DNA of 64,000 bases, from IMG/VR virus record IMGVR_UViG_3300021197_001468, positions 676-64,675 of that record; one strand, 5' to 3'. How positions within the stretch are numbered: position 1 is the stretch's first letter; each line of letters begins with the position of its first letter. Positions 36,550 through 46,907 of this stretch are shown here, piece after piece. Origin of the DNA: a virus. Taxonomy: Duplodnaviria > Caudoviricetes. The notes under the pieces were generated by a model that made no database searches, was not told the DNA's origin, and worked only from the letters and a program-made list of their open reading frames with translations. A program made the translations under genes and the position numbers.

Positions 36550-38417
36550 TGTTCAACCAGCCGCACTTCGTCTACAGCATCCGCGGAAGCGGACAGGTGC
36601 TCACCGAGATCGAGAACCAGGTTCCTGGGTGTCTGCTCTACGGATACGCCGGGCGCAGGTTCCGCATCCGTACGGCGGAGGACGCCAGCCGGGCCAGCAC
36701 CTTCGAGGTGGTGGCCCCGCTCAACGCCGCGTTCCTGGTGGAGCACTACCTCATGTGGATGGGGTTGAAGTACCACGCCATCCCCAAGAAGGGGGCGGAG
36801 TCCGTCTTCTCCTGGGCGGAGGAGGACCGCGCCACCATGGTCGCCCTGGGGGCCAGTCAGGTCCGGGGTCTGGTCGAGGCAGGAGAGATCAAGGAGCACG
36901 TCACCGACATGCTCACGGACTACCAGAAGCTCGGGGTGGGCTGGGTGCTGACCCGGCCCTGGTCGCTCAACGTCTGGGCCTGCGGGTCCGGCAAGACGCT
37001 GGGTGCCATCGTGTCCAGCCTGCAGGTCCCCGGCCCTGTCCTGGTCGTCTGCCCCGCCAAGGCGAGGCACGTCTGGTGGTCCCAGGTCCAGGAGTACACC
37101 AACGTCGAGCCCTACCGCGTGAAGCCCCAGGGCGACATGCGCAAGAGTGACGAGACCCTGGACGAGTATCTCCGCCGCATGAAGGCAGAGGCCCGGCGAC
37201 CGTTCGTCATCATCGGGCTCGAGGCGCTCGCCGACTACCTCCCCGCAGCGCAGAAGGTAGACCCCGCGGTTCTTATCCTCGACGAGATCCACTACCACGG
37301 CAACAACCGTAGGTGGAAGGCGATCAACAACCCCGACGGCTCAGTGTCCTTCGAGACACGCCAGACCAAGAACGGCAACGAGGCCCGCGCGGTCTCGGTC
37401 ATGACCGTCACCAAGCTCCCCAATCTGGTCAAGCGCATCGGGCTCACGGCCACACCACTCGACGACGGCAGACCCCGTCGACTGTGGAGCCAGCTCGACC
37501 TGCTCGCCCCGGGCTCATTCAGCTACAGCTACAGAAGGTTCTCCCTCCGCTACTGCGGTGCCGTCATCAACCAGTATGGTGGGATGGACGACAAGGGCTC
37601 AAGCCACATGGACGAGCTCCGCGCACGGTGCTCCTTCATGACACACGAGGTCCCGTATTCGGAGAGCCACTCGGAGCTTCCCTCTACTCGGGTACAGGTT
37701 GTGTATCTCGACAAAGGCGACTTGTCAGGGGCAGAACGGTGGTCTGATGAAGAAACTTATGGTCAGGCAGTCAAGCGAATCACGAAGCTCTCGCGCACCG
37801 ACTTCACCCAGAAGGAGCGACTCGTCGAAGCCAGACTGGCGGACGCCTGTAGCCGCAAGCGACGCTACGTGGTGGACGAGGTCTGCCAGGGTGTCAGAGG
37901 CGGAGGCAAGGTCGTGGTCTTCGTCGCCCGTCGCCGCGAGTGTGAGAAGTGGACTGCGGCAGTCCGGAAGGCTCTGGGCACTGGAGACGAGCAGACTCCC
38001 GTGGATGTGTGGATGGCGCACGGCGGAGTCAGTGAGTCTGAGCGTGATCGCATCGCTGACTCCTTCCGTGAGCACGAAGGACCCTGCGTCCTGGTCGCGA
38101 CTGGGCAGTCCGTGGGTACGGGGGTCGACGGCATGCAGACGGCGGACCTCGCCATCTTTGCTATGCTGCCGTGGAAGCCCGGAGACTTCGTCCAGTGGAA
38201 GGGTCGGTTCGACCGCCTCGGGGGTAGCCCGACGCTGCTCAAGGTGGTGGTTGCCAAGGCCACGTACGACGAGAAGGTGGTCGAGATACTCGTCGATAAG
38301 TTCGGTCCCATCGAGCAGTTCCTCAAGGCGGACGAGCTGGATGGCCTGGGCGAGAAGCTCATGGGGATTGAGGATCGTGAGGCTGTGATCTCGGGCTTCC
38401 TGGCCAAGCTCGGTTGA
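36549..38417 (+). CDS. SNF2-like SF2 helicase
   Basis: YQ, GSGKT, LVVCP, ILDEIH, LTATP, GTGVDGMQ, Q..GRFDR. Confidence 0.85.
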   Translation: MFNQPHFVYSIRGSGQVLTEIENQVPGCLLYGYAGRRFRIRTAEDASRASTFEVVAPLNAAFLVEHYLMWMGLKYHAIPKKGAESVFSWAEEDRATMVALGASQVRGLVEAGEIKEHVTDMLTDYQKLGVGWVLTRPWSLNVWACGSGKTLGAIVSSLQVPGPVLVVCPAKARHVWWSQVQEYTNVEPYRVKPQGDMRKSDETLDEYLRRMKAEARRPFVIIGLEALADYLPAAQKVDPAVLILDEIHYHGNNRRWKAINNPDGSVSFETRQTKNGNEARAVSVMTVTKLPNLVKRIGLTATPLDDGRPRRLWSQLDLLAPGSFSYSYRRFSLRYCGAVINQYGGMDDKGSSHMDELRARCSFMTHEVPYSESHSELPSTRVQVVYLDKGDLSGAERWSDEETYGQAVKRITKLSRTDFTQKERLVEARLADACSRKRRYVVDEVCQGVRGGGKVVVFVARRRECEKWTAAVRKALGTGDEQTPVDVWMAHGGVSESERDRIADSFREHEGPCVLVATGQSVGTGVDGMQTADLAIFAMLPWKPGDFVQWKGRFDRLGGSPTLLKVVVAKATYDEKVVEILVDKFGPIEQFLKADELDGLGEKLMGIEDREAVISGFLAKLG

Positions 38418-38442
38418 CAGATTAGCTCCGCCTCGGTATGAT
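38414..38442 (+). promoter_or_regulatory. sigma70-type promoter
   Basis: TTGACA-17-TATGAT. Confidence 0.8.
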
Positions 38443-38464
38443 TACAAAGCACACAGAGAGAGAC

Positions 38465-39460
38465 ATGTCCGACATCCTGATTGACGCTGGCAGAAGCCGG
38501 CGTGGCTGGTCCCGTGTGGGTCAGTTCACCAAGTGCCCGCAGCTGTTCAGCTACACGAACAGGTTGGGTGTCTCGCTCATCCCCGCCTCCGCTCTGACGC
38601 GGGGGTCCATGGGCCACATCCTCCAGGCGCATCTTCATGCGATCTGGGGAGCCGAGCAGGGCGGTGTCTTGGTGGACACCGGCTACTACGATGACCCCTC
38701 CGTCTTCATGAAGCCGAAGGAAGCTGTGGTTGCGTGGTGCGATGCTAACGGCGGACACGAGTACATCGACCGCATGGTTGACGTGTTCATCGACTACGTC
38801 GCCCGACACCCTGAGCCCCCGGGTCGAGTGCTCGCTGTCGAGTGGCCCATGGACGCGGTCATCGGTGTCAAGTCCGGGGTGTGGGGCTTGTGGGTCATCG
38901 ACCCCGACGAAGCCGAGAAGGTGCACGAGCCCGCTGAGTCTCTGCTCGCTTACGACCGCACTCCGATCGAGGTCAGCCCGCTGAACATGCCGGGGCACCC
39001 GGACCACGGCAAGCCCATCTATGTCAGCCGTCGTTGCGACATGGTGGTCGAGGAGCCGGACGGACGCGTGTTCATCTGGGACCACAAGCACCAAGCTCGT
39101 GTGACCCAGGGTAAGTCCATCGAGGGCTACGCCATCGACGGGGGGTTCGCTCTCTTCCGTCACATGGGGCAGCAGGTCTACGGGGACGACTTCGGCGGGC
39201 TTAGGCTCAACCTCATCCAGACCACGCGGCCGTACAAGATCGCTCGTCCCACTGTCCCGCGGACTCCGCACCGAGACACACACCTCGCCCAGCTCGTCTG
39301 GAACGCCGAGCACCAGATCGCATCCATGGACATCAACATGCCCGACCTGTGGGCGTGGCCCAAGGCGATGCACGAGACTACCTGCGTCGGCCGCTACGGT
39401 ACATGCGGCGGCATCAAGCTCTGCTTCTATGGTGAAGCGGGCAAGCGGTACCTCGCATGA
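38465..39460 (+). CDS. PD-(D/E)xK (Cas4/RecB-like) nuclease
   Basis: CP..RGSMGH, CDMVV, IWDHK, C-terminal Cys cluster. Confidence 0.8.
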   Translation: MSDILIDAGRSRRGWSRVGQFTKCPQLFSYTNRLGVSLIPASALTRGSMGHILQAHLHAIWGAEQGGVLVDTGYYDDPSVFMKPKEAVVAWCDANGGHEYIDRMVDVFIDYVARHPEPPGRVLAVEWPMDAVIGVKSGVWGLWVIDPDEAEKVHEPAESLLAYDRTPIEVSPLNMPGHPDHGKPIYVSRRCDMVVEEPDGRVFIWDHKHQARVTQGKSIEGYAIDGGFALFRHMGQQVYGDDFGGLRLNLIQTTRPYKIARPTVPRTPHRDTHLAQLVWNAEHQIASMDINMPDLWAWPKAMHETTCVGRYGTCGGIKLCFYGEAGKRYLA

Positions 39461-39906
39461 GTCGCACCGCCGAGGAGTGGGGCCGCGTCGCTGTGGGGCT
39501 GCCTATGTGGCCCCACGGCACAGTTGCCAAGCGGCGTGGGGTAGTCGGATGGGTATCGGGCGTCGAGGCGTTGTCGCGCATGCTCCCGCCGGTCGACCGG
39601 CTCCGGGTGATCTTCGTCGCCGAGCTCGGGACGACGACGTTCTACCAAGTGGTCGCCCCCGGGGGCTACCCGCAGATTCGCATGGTCAACGGGCGGCACG
39701 AGTTCGTGCCCAACCCCGACGACCCCGCGACCGCTGGGTGCCTGCTGGCGCTGCTGGGGTCGGGCGTTCGCGTCTGGATGGATGGCGCAGACGACCTATG
39801 GACCGTCGAGGTGGGCGGGGTGCGCGCATCCATGCACGCTACTCTCGGGCGTGCGTGCATCGCCGCCGCCGCTGCCCTCGGGCGCTGGCCGGGGGGTGGG
39901 GCATGA
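39457..39906 (+). CDS. hypothetical protein
   Basis: DDPATAGCLLALL motif; coupled ORF. Confidence 0.6.
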   Translation: MSRTAEEWGRVAVGLPMWPHGTVAKRRGVVGWVSGVEALSRMLPPVDRLRVIFVAELGTTTFYQVVAPGGYPQIRMVNGRHEFVPNPDDPATAGCLLALLGSGVRVWMDGADDLWTVEVGGVRASMHATLGRACIAAAAALGRWPGGGA

Positions 39907-40157
39907 ACTCCTATCTCTTCGTCGTCGGCGTCATCTTCGCCGGGCTCGCGGTAGCGCTGGCGTTGCTTGGCCTGCGGACAAACGCGCTCGAAGAAGCAGT
40001 CAACACTCAGATCCACCTGAGCAGCGGCAAGGCCAACTACCTGCCGGGAGCCGCTTGCGTCATCGCGACGTCGGCTGAGCAGACACCGGCCGACATCGTC
40101 AACTACGCCAGAGCATGCGCCAAGGCGCACGAAGACTGGCTCAAGGAGCAGCAGTGA
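39903..40157 (+). CDS. membrane-anchored hypothetical protein
   Basis: N-terminal transmembrane helix. Confidence 0.6.
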   Translation: MNSYLFVVGVIFAGLAVALALLGLRTNALEEAVNTQIHLSSGKANYLPGAACVIATSAEQTPADIVNYARACAKAHEDWLKEQQ

Positions 40158-40351
40158 TTTGGACCGACAGTCGGCGCGCCATGCCTCCGTCCGACGAAGA
40201 AGTGCTCATGTGGCAGCACGACACGTTCAACATCCTCTGCCTCAAGCAAGAAGACGATGGCGCGTGGCTCAACTACGAGTCGTGGCTTTCCCTGGCAGTC
40301 ATCGGCCAGTTCTTCTGGCAGCCCCTCCCCAACCCCCCGGAGCAGCAGTGA
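40154..40351 (+). CDS. DUF551-like small protein
   Basis: W....MP....VL..WQPLP.PP. Confidence 0.6.
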   Translation: MIWTDSRRAMPPSDEEVLMWQHDTFNILCLKQEDDGAWLNYESWLSLAVIGQFFWQPLPNPPEQQ

Positions 40352-41337
40352 GCAGCCCACCCGCAGTCATGGCTACCGTCTTCGGTAAGCCCAAGCGCAA
40401 GAAGACCAGCGACGCGCTGGCCGCATTCCCCAACGGCCTGTTCATCGGCGTGCCGTCGAGCCTCAAGCTCGTCGCACAGAACGAGCTCGGCTTCACGCCG
40501 CGGGTGTTCGAGACTCCACCCCAGACGCTGCCCGACCTGCTGCACCTGCTTCACAGCGTGAGCCCCCAGGCGCACGAGTTCGGTGCCATCGTTGTGGACG
40601 ACGCGAGCCACATCTGTCAGCAGTCCATGCTCCAGTGGCAGCAGGAGGCTCCCAAGGGCCGCAGCGGTAAGCCTGACCGGTTCTGGCCGTACCAGCAGCT
40701 ACAGCAGTCTCTGCTCGAGCTGGCGGGCACTGCACGCTACCTGGGCGTCCACTTCGTGATGACGTTCCACGAGCGGGAGGGCGGGACGAACTCCATGGGT
40801 AACTTCACGCCCGGGGGTCCAGACCTGCCCAGCCGCAACCAGGTTGAGCGCATCCCCTCTTGGTGCGACATCAACGTCCGTTCGATCATCGACCCCGACT
40901 ACCCGGACCCGTGGTTCAAGGGTGCCTACTACTGCAACCCCCACGACTCCGACTGGATCACGGGTGACCGCACCGGGGTCTGTACTCGCACCGAGCAAAA
41001 CGCTCCAGCGAACCTGCGCGAGATCCTACGGGCCTCGAACAGCGGCTACGAGCTCCCCCGAATCGCCGGACTGGAATGGCAGGACGAGCTGGCCGACGAA
41101 GTGGCTCAGCGATTCGTTGACGGGGAGAACGTCGAGGACGTCGTCAAGGACGTCAACAAGTCGTGGACGGAGAAAAAAGTTCAGCCTCTGCACTTGCGCT
41201 GGGCGTGCCAGGATGGTATTGCTCGTGGAGTGCTGAGGATGCAGAGCAACCGAGGGTTGTTCGACTTCACAGCAAACAAGGAAGTGGGCGGCGCTTCAGC
41301 CCCGTCATTGCCCCCACCTCCTCCTTCAAGCACCTGA
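40348..41337 (+). CDS. AAA/Sak4-like recombination ATPase
   Basis: FGKPKRKKT P-loop variant, IVVDD, TFHE; lies between the nuclease and SSB genes. Confidence 0.65.
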   Translation: MSSPPAVMATVFGKPKRKKTSDALAAFPNGLFIGVPSSLKLVAQNELGFTPRVFETPPQTLPDLLHLLHSVSPQAHEFGAIVVDDASHICQQSMLQWQQEAPKGRSGKPDRFWPYQQLQQSLLELAGTARYLGVHFVMTFHEREGGTNSMGNFTPGGPDLPSRNQVERIPSWCDINVRSIIDPDYPDPWFKGAYYCNPHDSDWITGDRTGVCTRTEQNAPANLREILRASNSGYELPRIAGLEWQDELADEVAQRFVDGENVEDVVKDVNKSWTEKKVQPLHLRWACQDGIARGVLRMQSNRGLFDFTANKEVGGASAPSLPPPPPSST

Positions 41338-41358
41338 CGGGCACACAGAGAGATCCTC

Positions 41359-41961
41359 ATGGCTACGTTCATGATTCCCGGCGACGCTATCACCAGCGTC
41401 TCCTCCCTCGGCGCTTCGGCCCCCGAGACTGGCTACTACAAGGCGAAGGTCACGGGTGTCGTCAAGCACCCCACTCGCGCGACCTCCCGTAAGATGGAGA
41501 TCCTCGTTGAGAACGGGTTCTCGACGTTCAGCTGGCTCAACAGCCCGTACGACGAGAACGGCAACCTGCAGCCCGGCCTCCAGGACCGCCAGGTCCGCGG
41601 CATGCTCGGGGCCATCAAGTCGGTCTTCGAGTCGGCTGGCTACACCAACGACCAGATGGCGCAGGGCGTCACGGACGAGTGGCTGGTGGGCAAGGAGGTC
41701 TACCTCGAGTGGCACTCCGCCAAGGACCTGGGTGCGCAGTACGGCGAGATTGCCGGATACCTGCGCCCCGCCACGTTCGAGGGCTTCAAGGCCAGCGGCA
41801 CCAAGCCCGCCATCGCCCAGGCCAGCGCGCCCTCCAAGGCCGCTGTTCGCCCCGCTGCGCGCTCTGCTGCGCCCGTGCGGGCCGCTGCCCCGGCTCCGGT
41901 CTCCGCGCCGGTCCCCGGAGGCATCAGCCTGCCCCCGCCGCCCAGCAGCGTCGTCAACTGA
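41359..41961 (+). CDS. putative ssDNA-binding protein
   Basis: P..GYYKAKV..WLVGKEV; Pro/Ala tail; follows the Sak4-like gene. Confidence 0.6.
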   Translation: MATFMIPGDAITSVSSLGASAPETGYYKAKVTGVVKHPTRATSRKMEILVENGFSTFSWLNSPYDENGNLQPGLQDRQVRGMLGAIKSVFESAGYTNDQMAQGVTDEWLVGKEVYLEWHSAKDLGAQYGEIAGYLRPATFEGFKASGTKPAIAQASAPSKAAVRPAARSAAPVRAAAPAPVSAPVPGGISLPPPPSSVVN

Positions 41962-42008
41962 ACGCTCCGGTCCCGCTGGCTTCGGCTGGCGGGACCACTG
42001 GGGGTCCG

Positions 42009-42242
42009 ATGCAGAAGCCGATGTTCCCAGACATTGCGGGTGAGATGACACCCGACATGGTCCAGCCAGGTACGCGCTGGCAGCACCACGCGGGTAAGTT
42101 CTACCGCGTCATCCGAATCACGAACAAGCACTCACAGCAGCAGGACAAGTTCCCGCTGACTGCGGTCTACGTGGACGAGCAGTGGCGGACTTGGTCTCGC
42201 CCCGTCAAGAGCTTCATCCGTAAGTTCAAGCTCGTAGACTGA
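42009..42242 (+). CDS. DUF1653-like protein
   Basis: WQHHAGKFYRV..VY..WSRP..F..KF. Confidence 0.6.
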   Translation: MQKPMFPDIAGEMTPDMVQPGTRWQHHAGKFYRVIRITNKHSQQQDKFPLTAVYVDEQWRTWSRPVKSFIRKFKLVD

Positions 42243-42371
42243 CTCACACTACAGCTCCCCCGCTGCCAGGGTTTGAGCGCGCGACTGCGCCTCTCCTGCA
42301 CCGCGTGGACGCCGGCAAGCGAACCGGCACCCACCCCACCACGCACAGTGGGGGAGCTCCAGGAGAATCCA

Positions 42372-42770
42372 ATGGGCCGCAGGCGCACATGGACAATGGC
42401 TGAGCTACAGCAAGCCAAGAAGCGGGCTGAGTCTGGCGAGACCTGGGCGACCATCGCCGAGGACTTCGGGATTCAGCCGGGCACGGTTCGTAAGCAGGTA
42501 AGGACTCACCTGGGAGGAGTCCAGTCTCGAGCCCCTCGAATGGGTCCGCCCGAATACGTGAAGAAGATACGGGACGCGGTTGTGATTCGGAACACCGAGT
42601 TCGCCTCCTGGTCGATCATCGCGGAGAGGATTGACTGGCATGCATCCCGGCAAGCGCTGCGCAAAGCAGTAGACCGCTACGCGGAGATCCACGGCCTCAC
42701 TGTCAAGAAGGGCTTCCCTGCGGAGCGGCGTACCAAGTGGGGAACCTCTGAGGGCGGCACCCATGATTGA
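42372..42770 (+). CDS. tandem HTH protein
   Basis: WATIAEDFG and WSIIAERI. Confidence 0.65.
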   Translation: MGRRRTWTMAELQQAKKRAESGETWATIAEDFGIQPGTVRKQVRTHLGGVQSRAPRMGPPEYVKKIRDAVVIRNTEFASWSIIAERIDWHASRQALRKAVDRYAEIHGLTVKKGFPAERRTKWGTSEGGTHD

Positions 42771-43092
42771 CCTCGACACCTTGGTTGAGGTCATGGCAGA
42801 CCTGAACCCCCAGGCGTGGTTCCTCGAGCCGACTGAAATGTACAACCCGTGCATCATCGGGATCACGAAAAGCCCGGAAGACCACTGGCCTCGTCGGCGA
42901 GAGACCTGGGTCCTCATCTACGACGCGGAAAAGTGCATCGAAGCAATCGCGCACTCGATGCTCGAAGACGGGGAAGAACTGGTCGACGGAGAAGTGTACG
43001 AGGCCGCCGTGCAGTGGTTCGAGTTCAACACCAGCGGCGGTTGGGTGGGCGAGAACACGCCAGCTTTTAAGTACGTCGGGTGGGAAGAATGA
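42763..43092 (+). CDS. hypothetical protein
   Basis: IYD.EKCI..FEFNT.GGWVGENTP. Confidence 0.7.
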   Translation: MIDLDTLVEVMADLNPQAWFLEPTEMYNPCIIGITKSPEDHWPRRRETWVLIYDAEKCIEAIAHSMLEDGEELVDGEVYEAAVQWFEFNTSGGWVGENTPAFKYVGWEE

Positions 43093-43679
43093 GCATCAAC
43101 ACTGACCGCGCGCAGCTAAGTAAGCTCACACAGTCCAGGGCTCCGACTACCCGCACGCTGGGTAAGGACGACTGGATGACCCCGGCGGCAATCTTCGATC
43201 CGGTACAGAGCATGTGCCAGTTCGACCTGGATGCGTGCGCCACTGACGCGACTGCGGCGCGCGTCGCTCAGTTCATCGGGCCCGAGACAGACGCGCTCAG
43301 CGTGCGCTGGGCAGACCACGGTAAGCGCGTGTGGTGCAATCCGCCGTACGGCCGAGGCATCGACCGGTGGCTGGAGAAGGCGTCAAAGGCGTGCCTCGAC
43401 GGGTGCGACTTGGTGGTCGTAATGATCAATGCGAACACCGACACCAAGTACTGGCGAGCCTGGGTAGCGGACAACCCGAACTGCTTCGCGGTCGTGTTCA
43501 TCCAGCCCCGAGTCAAGTTCGACAGACCTGACGGAGAGAAGTCGCACCACGCCCCCAAGGGAAGCGCGCTGGTCTTCCTCACACCAGCCAAGCGGGAAGG
43601 ACGAGCCCCCGTCCATCGCTACTGGAACTACGTCACTGAATCATTCAGCTACGCAATGCAGGACTTCATTCATGAGTGA
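43089..43679 (+). CDS. phage DNA N6-adenine methyltransferase
   Basis: DDWMTP, FDLDACA, WCNPPY, TDTKYW. Confidence 0.85.
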   Translation: MSINTDRAQLSKLTQSRAPTTRTLGKDDWMTPAAIFDPVQSMCQFDLDACATDATAARVAQFIGPETDALSVRWADHGKRVWCNPPYGRGIDRWLEKASKACLDGCDLVVVMINANTDTKYWRAWVADNPNCFAVVFIQPRVKFDRPDGEKSHHAPKGSALVFLTPAKREGRAPVHRYWNYVTESFSYAMQDFIHE

Positions 43680-46425
43680 CCGATCAGTCGACCCCCGCAG
43701 CATGGGGGCTCGATGTGACGAGTGCCCTCTCGGACCGACAGGGTGCCTTCGTGGAGACGGACCGTGGAGACCTGTGCGCTCAGAAGTGCACGAGTCTGCC
43801 GCGGTTCTCGCCGTTCTGGAGTCGCCAGGACCCGAGGATGTCGACGCGGGCTACCCCCTCGCTGGACGCTCGGGGACGGAGTGGCGAGGAGCACTCTCGG
43901 CGTCGAACCTCAAGCGCACCCAGGTTGACCTCACCTACACCGTGGCGTGTCAGCTCCCCGGCTCCCCCAAAGGAGCCCAGTCGCGCCTGGACAAGGAGAT
44001 CGACCGGCGCAACAAGAAGCGCTCTGCCGACGACCGCATCCCTCACCCGAGGGAGTGCTGCACCCCCAGACTATACCATATTGCGCAGAACTACGCCAAC
44101 ATTATCGCACTGGGGAAAGAGTCTATTTTCGCTCTGACGAAGTCTTCCTTGTCGGTGATGAACACCCGCGGCGGCCCCATGTGGGTGAATGGGGACTGGG
44201 AACATGTGAGCGAAGGCGAGTGCCGCGTGTTCCCGACCGTGGCCCCTGACTATGTCAGCGTGTCACCGCAGTGGCGTCCGGTGTTCCACGCCGATGTGGC
44301 GAAGGCTTTCCGGTGGTTCAACGGAGAGCTGCGTTGGCGTGACCCCGTAATCTTGTGGCGTCCGACGCCTGAGCTCTTGGAAGACTGGCTCGACGCGGAG
44401 TACCCGTTCTGGGCTTACGACGTCGAGACAGACGGCATCATTGCGACCGAGTGCGGGCTGCGGACGATCGCCATCGCTGTGCCCGACATGATGTACGGGG
44501 GGAGAGTAGCGCGACCCGAGCAGCCGACGCGGCCGATGGCGTACGTCTCTCACGCGGTGGGGATTACATTCCAGAAGATCAACGGCGAGCCCTGGTACAG
44601 CCTGGACGACGAATGTGAGATTCGCCGCATCCTGGTCGAAAAGTTCTTCTGCGACTCGTCGAAAATCAAGGTTGGGCACAACGCCGGATTCTTCGATAGA
44701 CTCGTGATTGAGCACCATTTCGGCGTGACACCTACCCCTCTTTGGGATACACTATTCGCAGCAAGGTTCCGTGCTCCTGACCTCCCCAAGGGTCTCAAGG
44801 TAGTGGGCTCTGTGCTCACAGACGTGGAGCGCTGGGAGACTACCGAAAAGGGAGACAAGGCGGCGACCGGTTCCGGTGGGGACGACAACCTCCTCCAGTA
44901 CAACTGCATCGACGCTGTCGTGAACGCCCGGATCACCGCGCCTCTGATTGACGCGTCGGAGATGGCGCATGCCTTCGACCCGCTACCCGAGGCTCTGCGG
45001 CCTCCTGGGTGGGAGAACCGGCACTGGACCCTGTGGGAAGTCGACCATGCCACGCAGGAGATGTGCGTCGAGATGCACAAGGCGGGCATCTGGATTGACC
45101 AGCACAAGCGCTTTGAGCTCGAAGCACAGTTTGAGCACAGCGTCCGGAAGCGGCTGGCGCGCATCAAGAGCATGACGCATGCCGAGTTCAACCCCGGGAG
45201 CGGGGTTCAGGTGCGCGACCTCCTCTACGGTACGTGGAAGATGGAGTGCCCGCCTCGCATGGACAGCCGCACGTTCTTCACGGAGAGCGGGCTGCCCGGG
45301 ACGGGAGACGCCGTCATCCGCGGCCACCTGGCGAGCGGGCTGCTTGACGACAACCAGAAGGACTTCTTGACTGAGCTGCGGCTTTACCGCCGTGAGCGCA
45401 ACAAGATCCTGGGCACTGTGCTGCGACCCATGCGCCTACGCCAGTCTGACCCTAAGCTCGGCATCGTCTTCGACGACGGGCGAGTCCGCTCGAACTGGAA
45501 CGCTCACGTCACCAGCGTCGGGCGTCTCTCGAGCTCAGGGCCGAACCTTCAGAACATCGGGAACCGCAAGGGGCAGGGGCCGCTCAAGAGCATCTTCTCT
45601 GCGCCACCTGGACGCATCCTTGTAGGGGCTGACCTCGACCAGGCACACCTCAAGATCGCGGCCAACTACTGGCGCATCCCCGTCCTACTCGAAGCCTTCA
45701 CCGATGGCAAAGACCCCCACAACACTCTGGCTTACGCCATCTTCGGCAACAAGTTCAAGCACGCAGATGGGTGGGGGCCTGACGGATTCAGCCTCTACCG
45801 CAAGCCGGTGGGCGCAACCGCGCAGGCCATGCGCAACGTCATCAAGACTTTCCGCTACGCGTCCATCTACTGGGCAAGCCCTGACACGGTCTGGCAGGTG
45901 TTGACTTCGACTGAGACGGACGACGGCAAGATGCCGTACCTCTTCATGGAGCCGCGAGAAGTTCGCGTCTTCCACAACAAGTGGCTCGAGTCAGAGCCCG
46001 AGTGGATGTCTGCGTGGCAGGACATGCTGCGCGTCTACGAGATGCAGGGCTTCATGCGCGAGCCCGTCTTCGGCAGGTGCAGCGGTCCGCTCTCCGATGG
46101 GAAGAAGAACGAGGTCGTCAACTTCCCCATCCTGGCAGCCGAGAGCTCGCTCATGCGCGTAGCTGAGCAGAGAGTAATCCACCGGTACCCCTACACCGGC
46201 GACGGGCGCGGCCTCGTCCACCAGTGCCACGACTCCATAGCGGTAGAGATGGATCTCCCCGCAGGACTGCCGAGCGGCTGGCGGCCCGAAAGAGGCGAAG
46301 CTCTGCCGAGAGAGATTCAGGAAGCGAAAGAGTACGTTGAGTGGGCAATGACAGTCAACGTGCCCGGGTGGGAAGTTCCAATCACGGCAGAGGCGGACGT
46401 CGGGCGAACACTTAAAGACGTTTAA
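43672..46425 (+). CDS. polA: family A DNA polymerase with N-terminal UDG-like domain and 3'-5' exonuclease
   Basis: CDECPL/ESPG UDG-like; DVET, HNAGFFD, YNCID exonuclease; GRLSSSGPNLQN; motifs A, B and C. Confidence 0.9.
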   Translation: MSDRSVDPRSMGARCDECPLGPTGCLRGDGPWRPVRSEVHESAAVLAVLESPGPEDVDAGYPLAGRSGTEWRGALSASNLKRTQVDLTYTVACQLPGSPKGAQSRLDKEIDRRNKKRSADDRIPHPRECCTPRLYHIAQNYANIIALGKESIFALTKSSLSVMNTRGGPMWVNGDWEHVSEGECRVFPTVAPDYVSVSPQWRPVFHADVAKAFRWFNGELRWRDPVILWRPTPELLEDWLDAEYPFWAYDVETDGIIATECGLRTIAIAVPDMMYGGRVARPEQPTRPMAYVSHAVGITFQKINGEPWYSLDDECEIRRILVEKFFCDSSKIKVGHNAGFFDRLVIEHHFGVTPTPLWDTLFAARFRAPDLPKGLKVVGSVLTDVERWETTEKGDKAATGSGGDDNLLQYNCIDAVVNARITAPLIDASEMAHAFDPLPEALRPPGWENRHWTLWEVDHATQEMCVEMHKAGIWIDQHKRFELEAQFEHSVRKRLARIKSMTHAEFNPGSGVQVRDLLYGTWKMECPPRMDSRTFFTESGLPGTGDAVIRGHLASGLLDDNQKDFLTELRLYRRERNKILGTVLRPMRLRQSDPKLGIVFDDGRVRSNWNAHVTSVGRLSSSGPNLQNIGNRKGQGPLKSIFSAPPGRILVGADLDQAHLKIAANYWRIPVLLEAFTDGKDPHNTLAYAIFGNKFKHADGWGPDGFSLYRKPVGATAQAMRNVIKTFRYASIYWASPDTVWQVLTSTETDDGKMPYLFMEPREVRVFHNKWLESEPEWMSAWQDMLRVYEMQGFMREPVFGRCSGPLSDGKKNEVVNFPILAAESSLMRVAEQRVIHRYPYTGDGRGLVHQCHDSIAVEMDLPAGLPSGWRPERGEALPREIQEAKEYVEWAMTVNVPGWEVPITAEADVGRTLKDV

Positions 46426-46482
46426 GCCTTGACACCTTGGTAGAGCCCCCCTATATGTAGAGGGCCACACAGGAGAAGGCCC

Positions 46483-46905
46483 ATGAACGAAGCACGCTGG
46501 TTCCTCGCCCACCGAAAGAGCGAGGACCGCCTCGTCGAGAACTGGGTCGCTCAGTTGCGCGACACGGTACTCACTACCCCCGGCTGGAAGACTGTCGTCA
46601 CCCCTGGCCGGGACGACTACAACCGGAAGGCCCGCGCGGTTGGCTCATGGGACGCTTGGTGTCTCGATGTCGCCAAGCGGACCGACTACCGCGGAGAGGC
46701 GACCTACCACGGCGTCATCTTCCCCTACGTCGGGGAGCTTGTCGTGGGACGAGCGACCTACCTCATCCTCATGAACTTCATCGGCCAGGGCAAGCACGTC
46801 TACGGCTGGGACGTCATGAGCGGTGGTCTGTACACCATCGACACCCTCGAAGTCCTCGACCCCGACGACTTCATGCAGCATGCTCAGATTCGGTTCAAGG
46901 AGTAA
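46483..46905 (+). CDS. hypothetical protein (possible TIR/NDT-like fold)
   Basis: FLAHRKSED..VGRAT..GKHVY. Confidence 0.55.
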   Translation: MNEARWFLAHRKSEDRLVENWVAQLRDTVLTTPGWKTVVTPGRDDYNRKARAVGSWDAWCLDVAKRTDYRGEATYHGVIFPYVGELVVGRATYLILMNFIGQGKHVYGWDVMSGGLYTIDTLEVLDPDDFMQHAQIRFKE

Positions 46906-46907
46906 CC

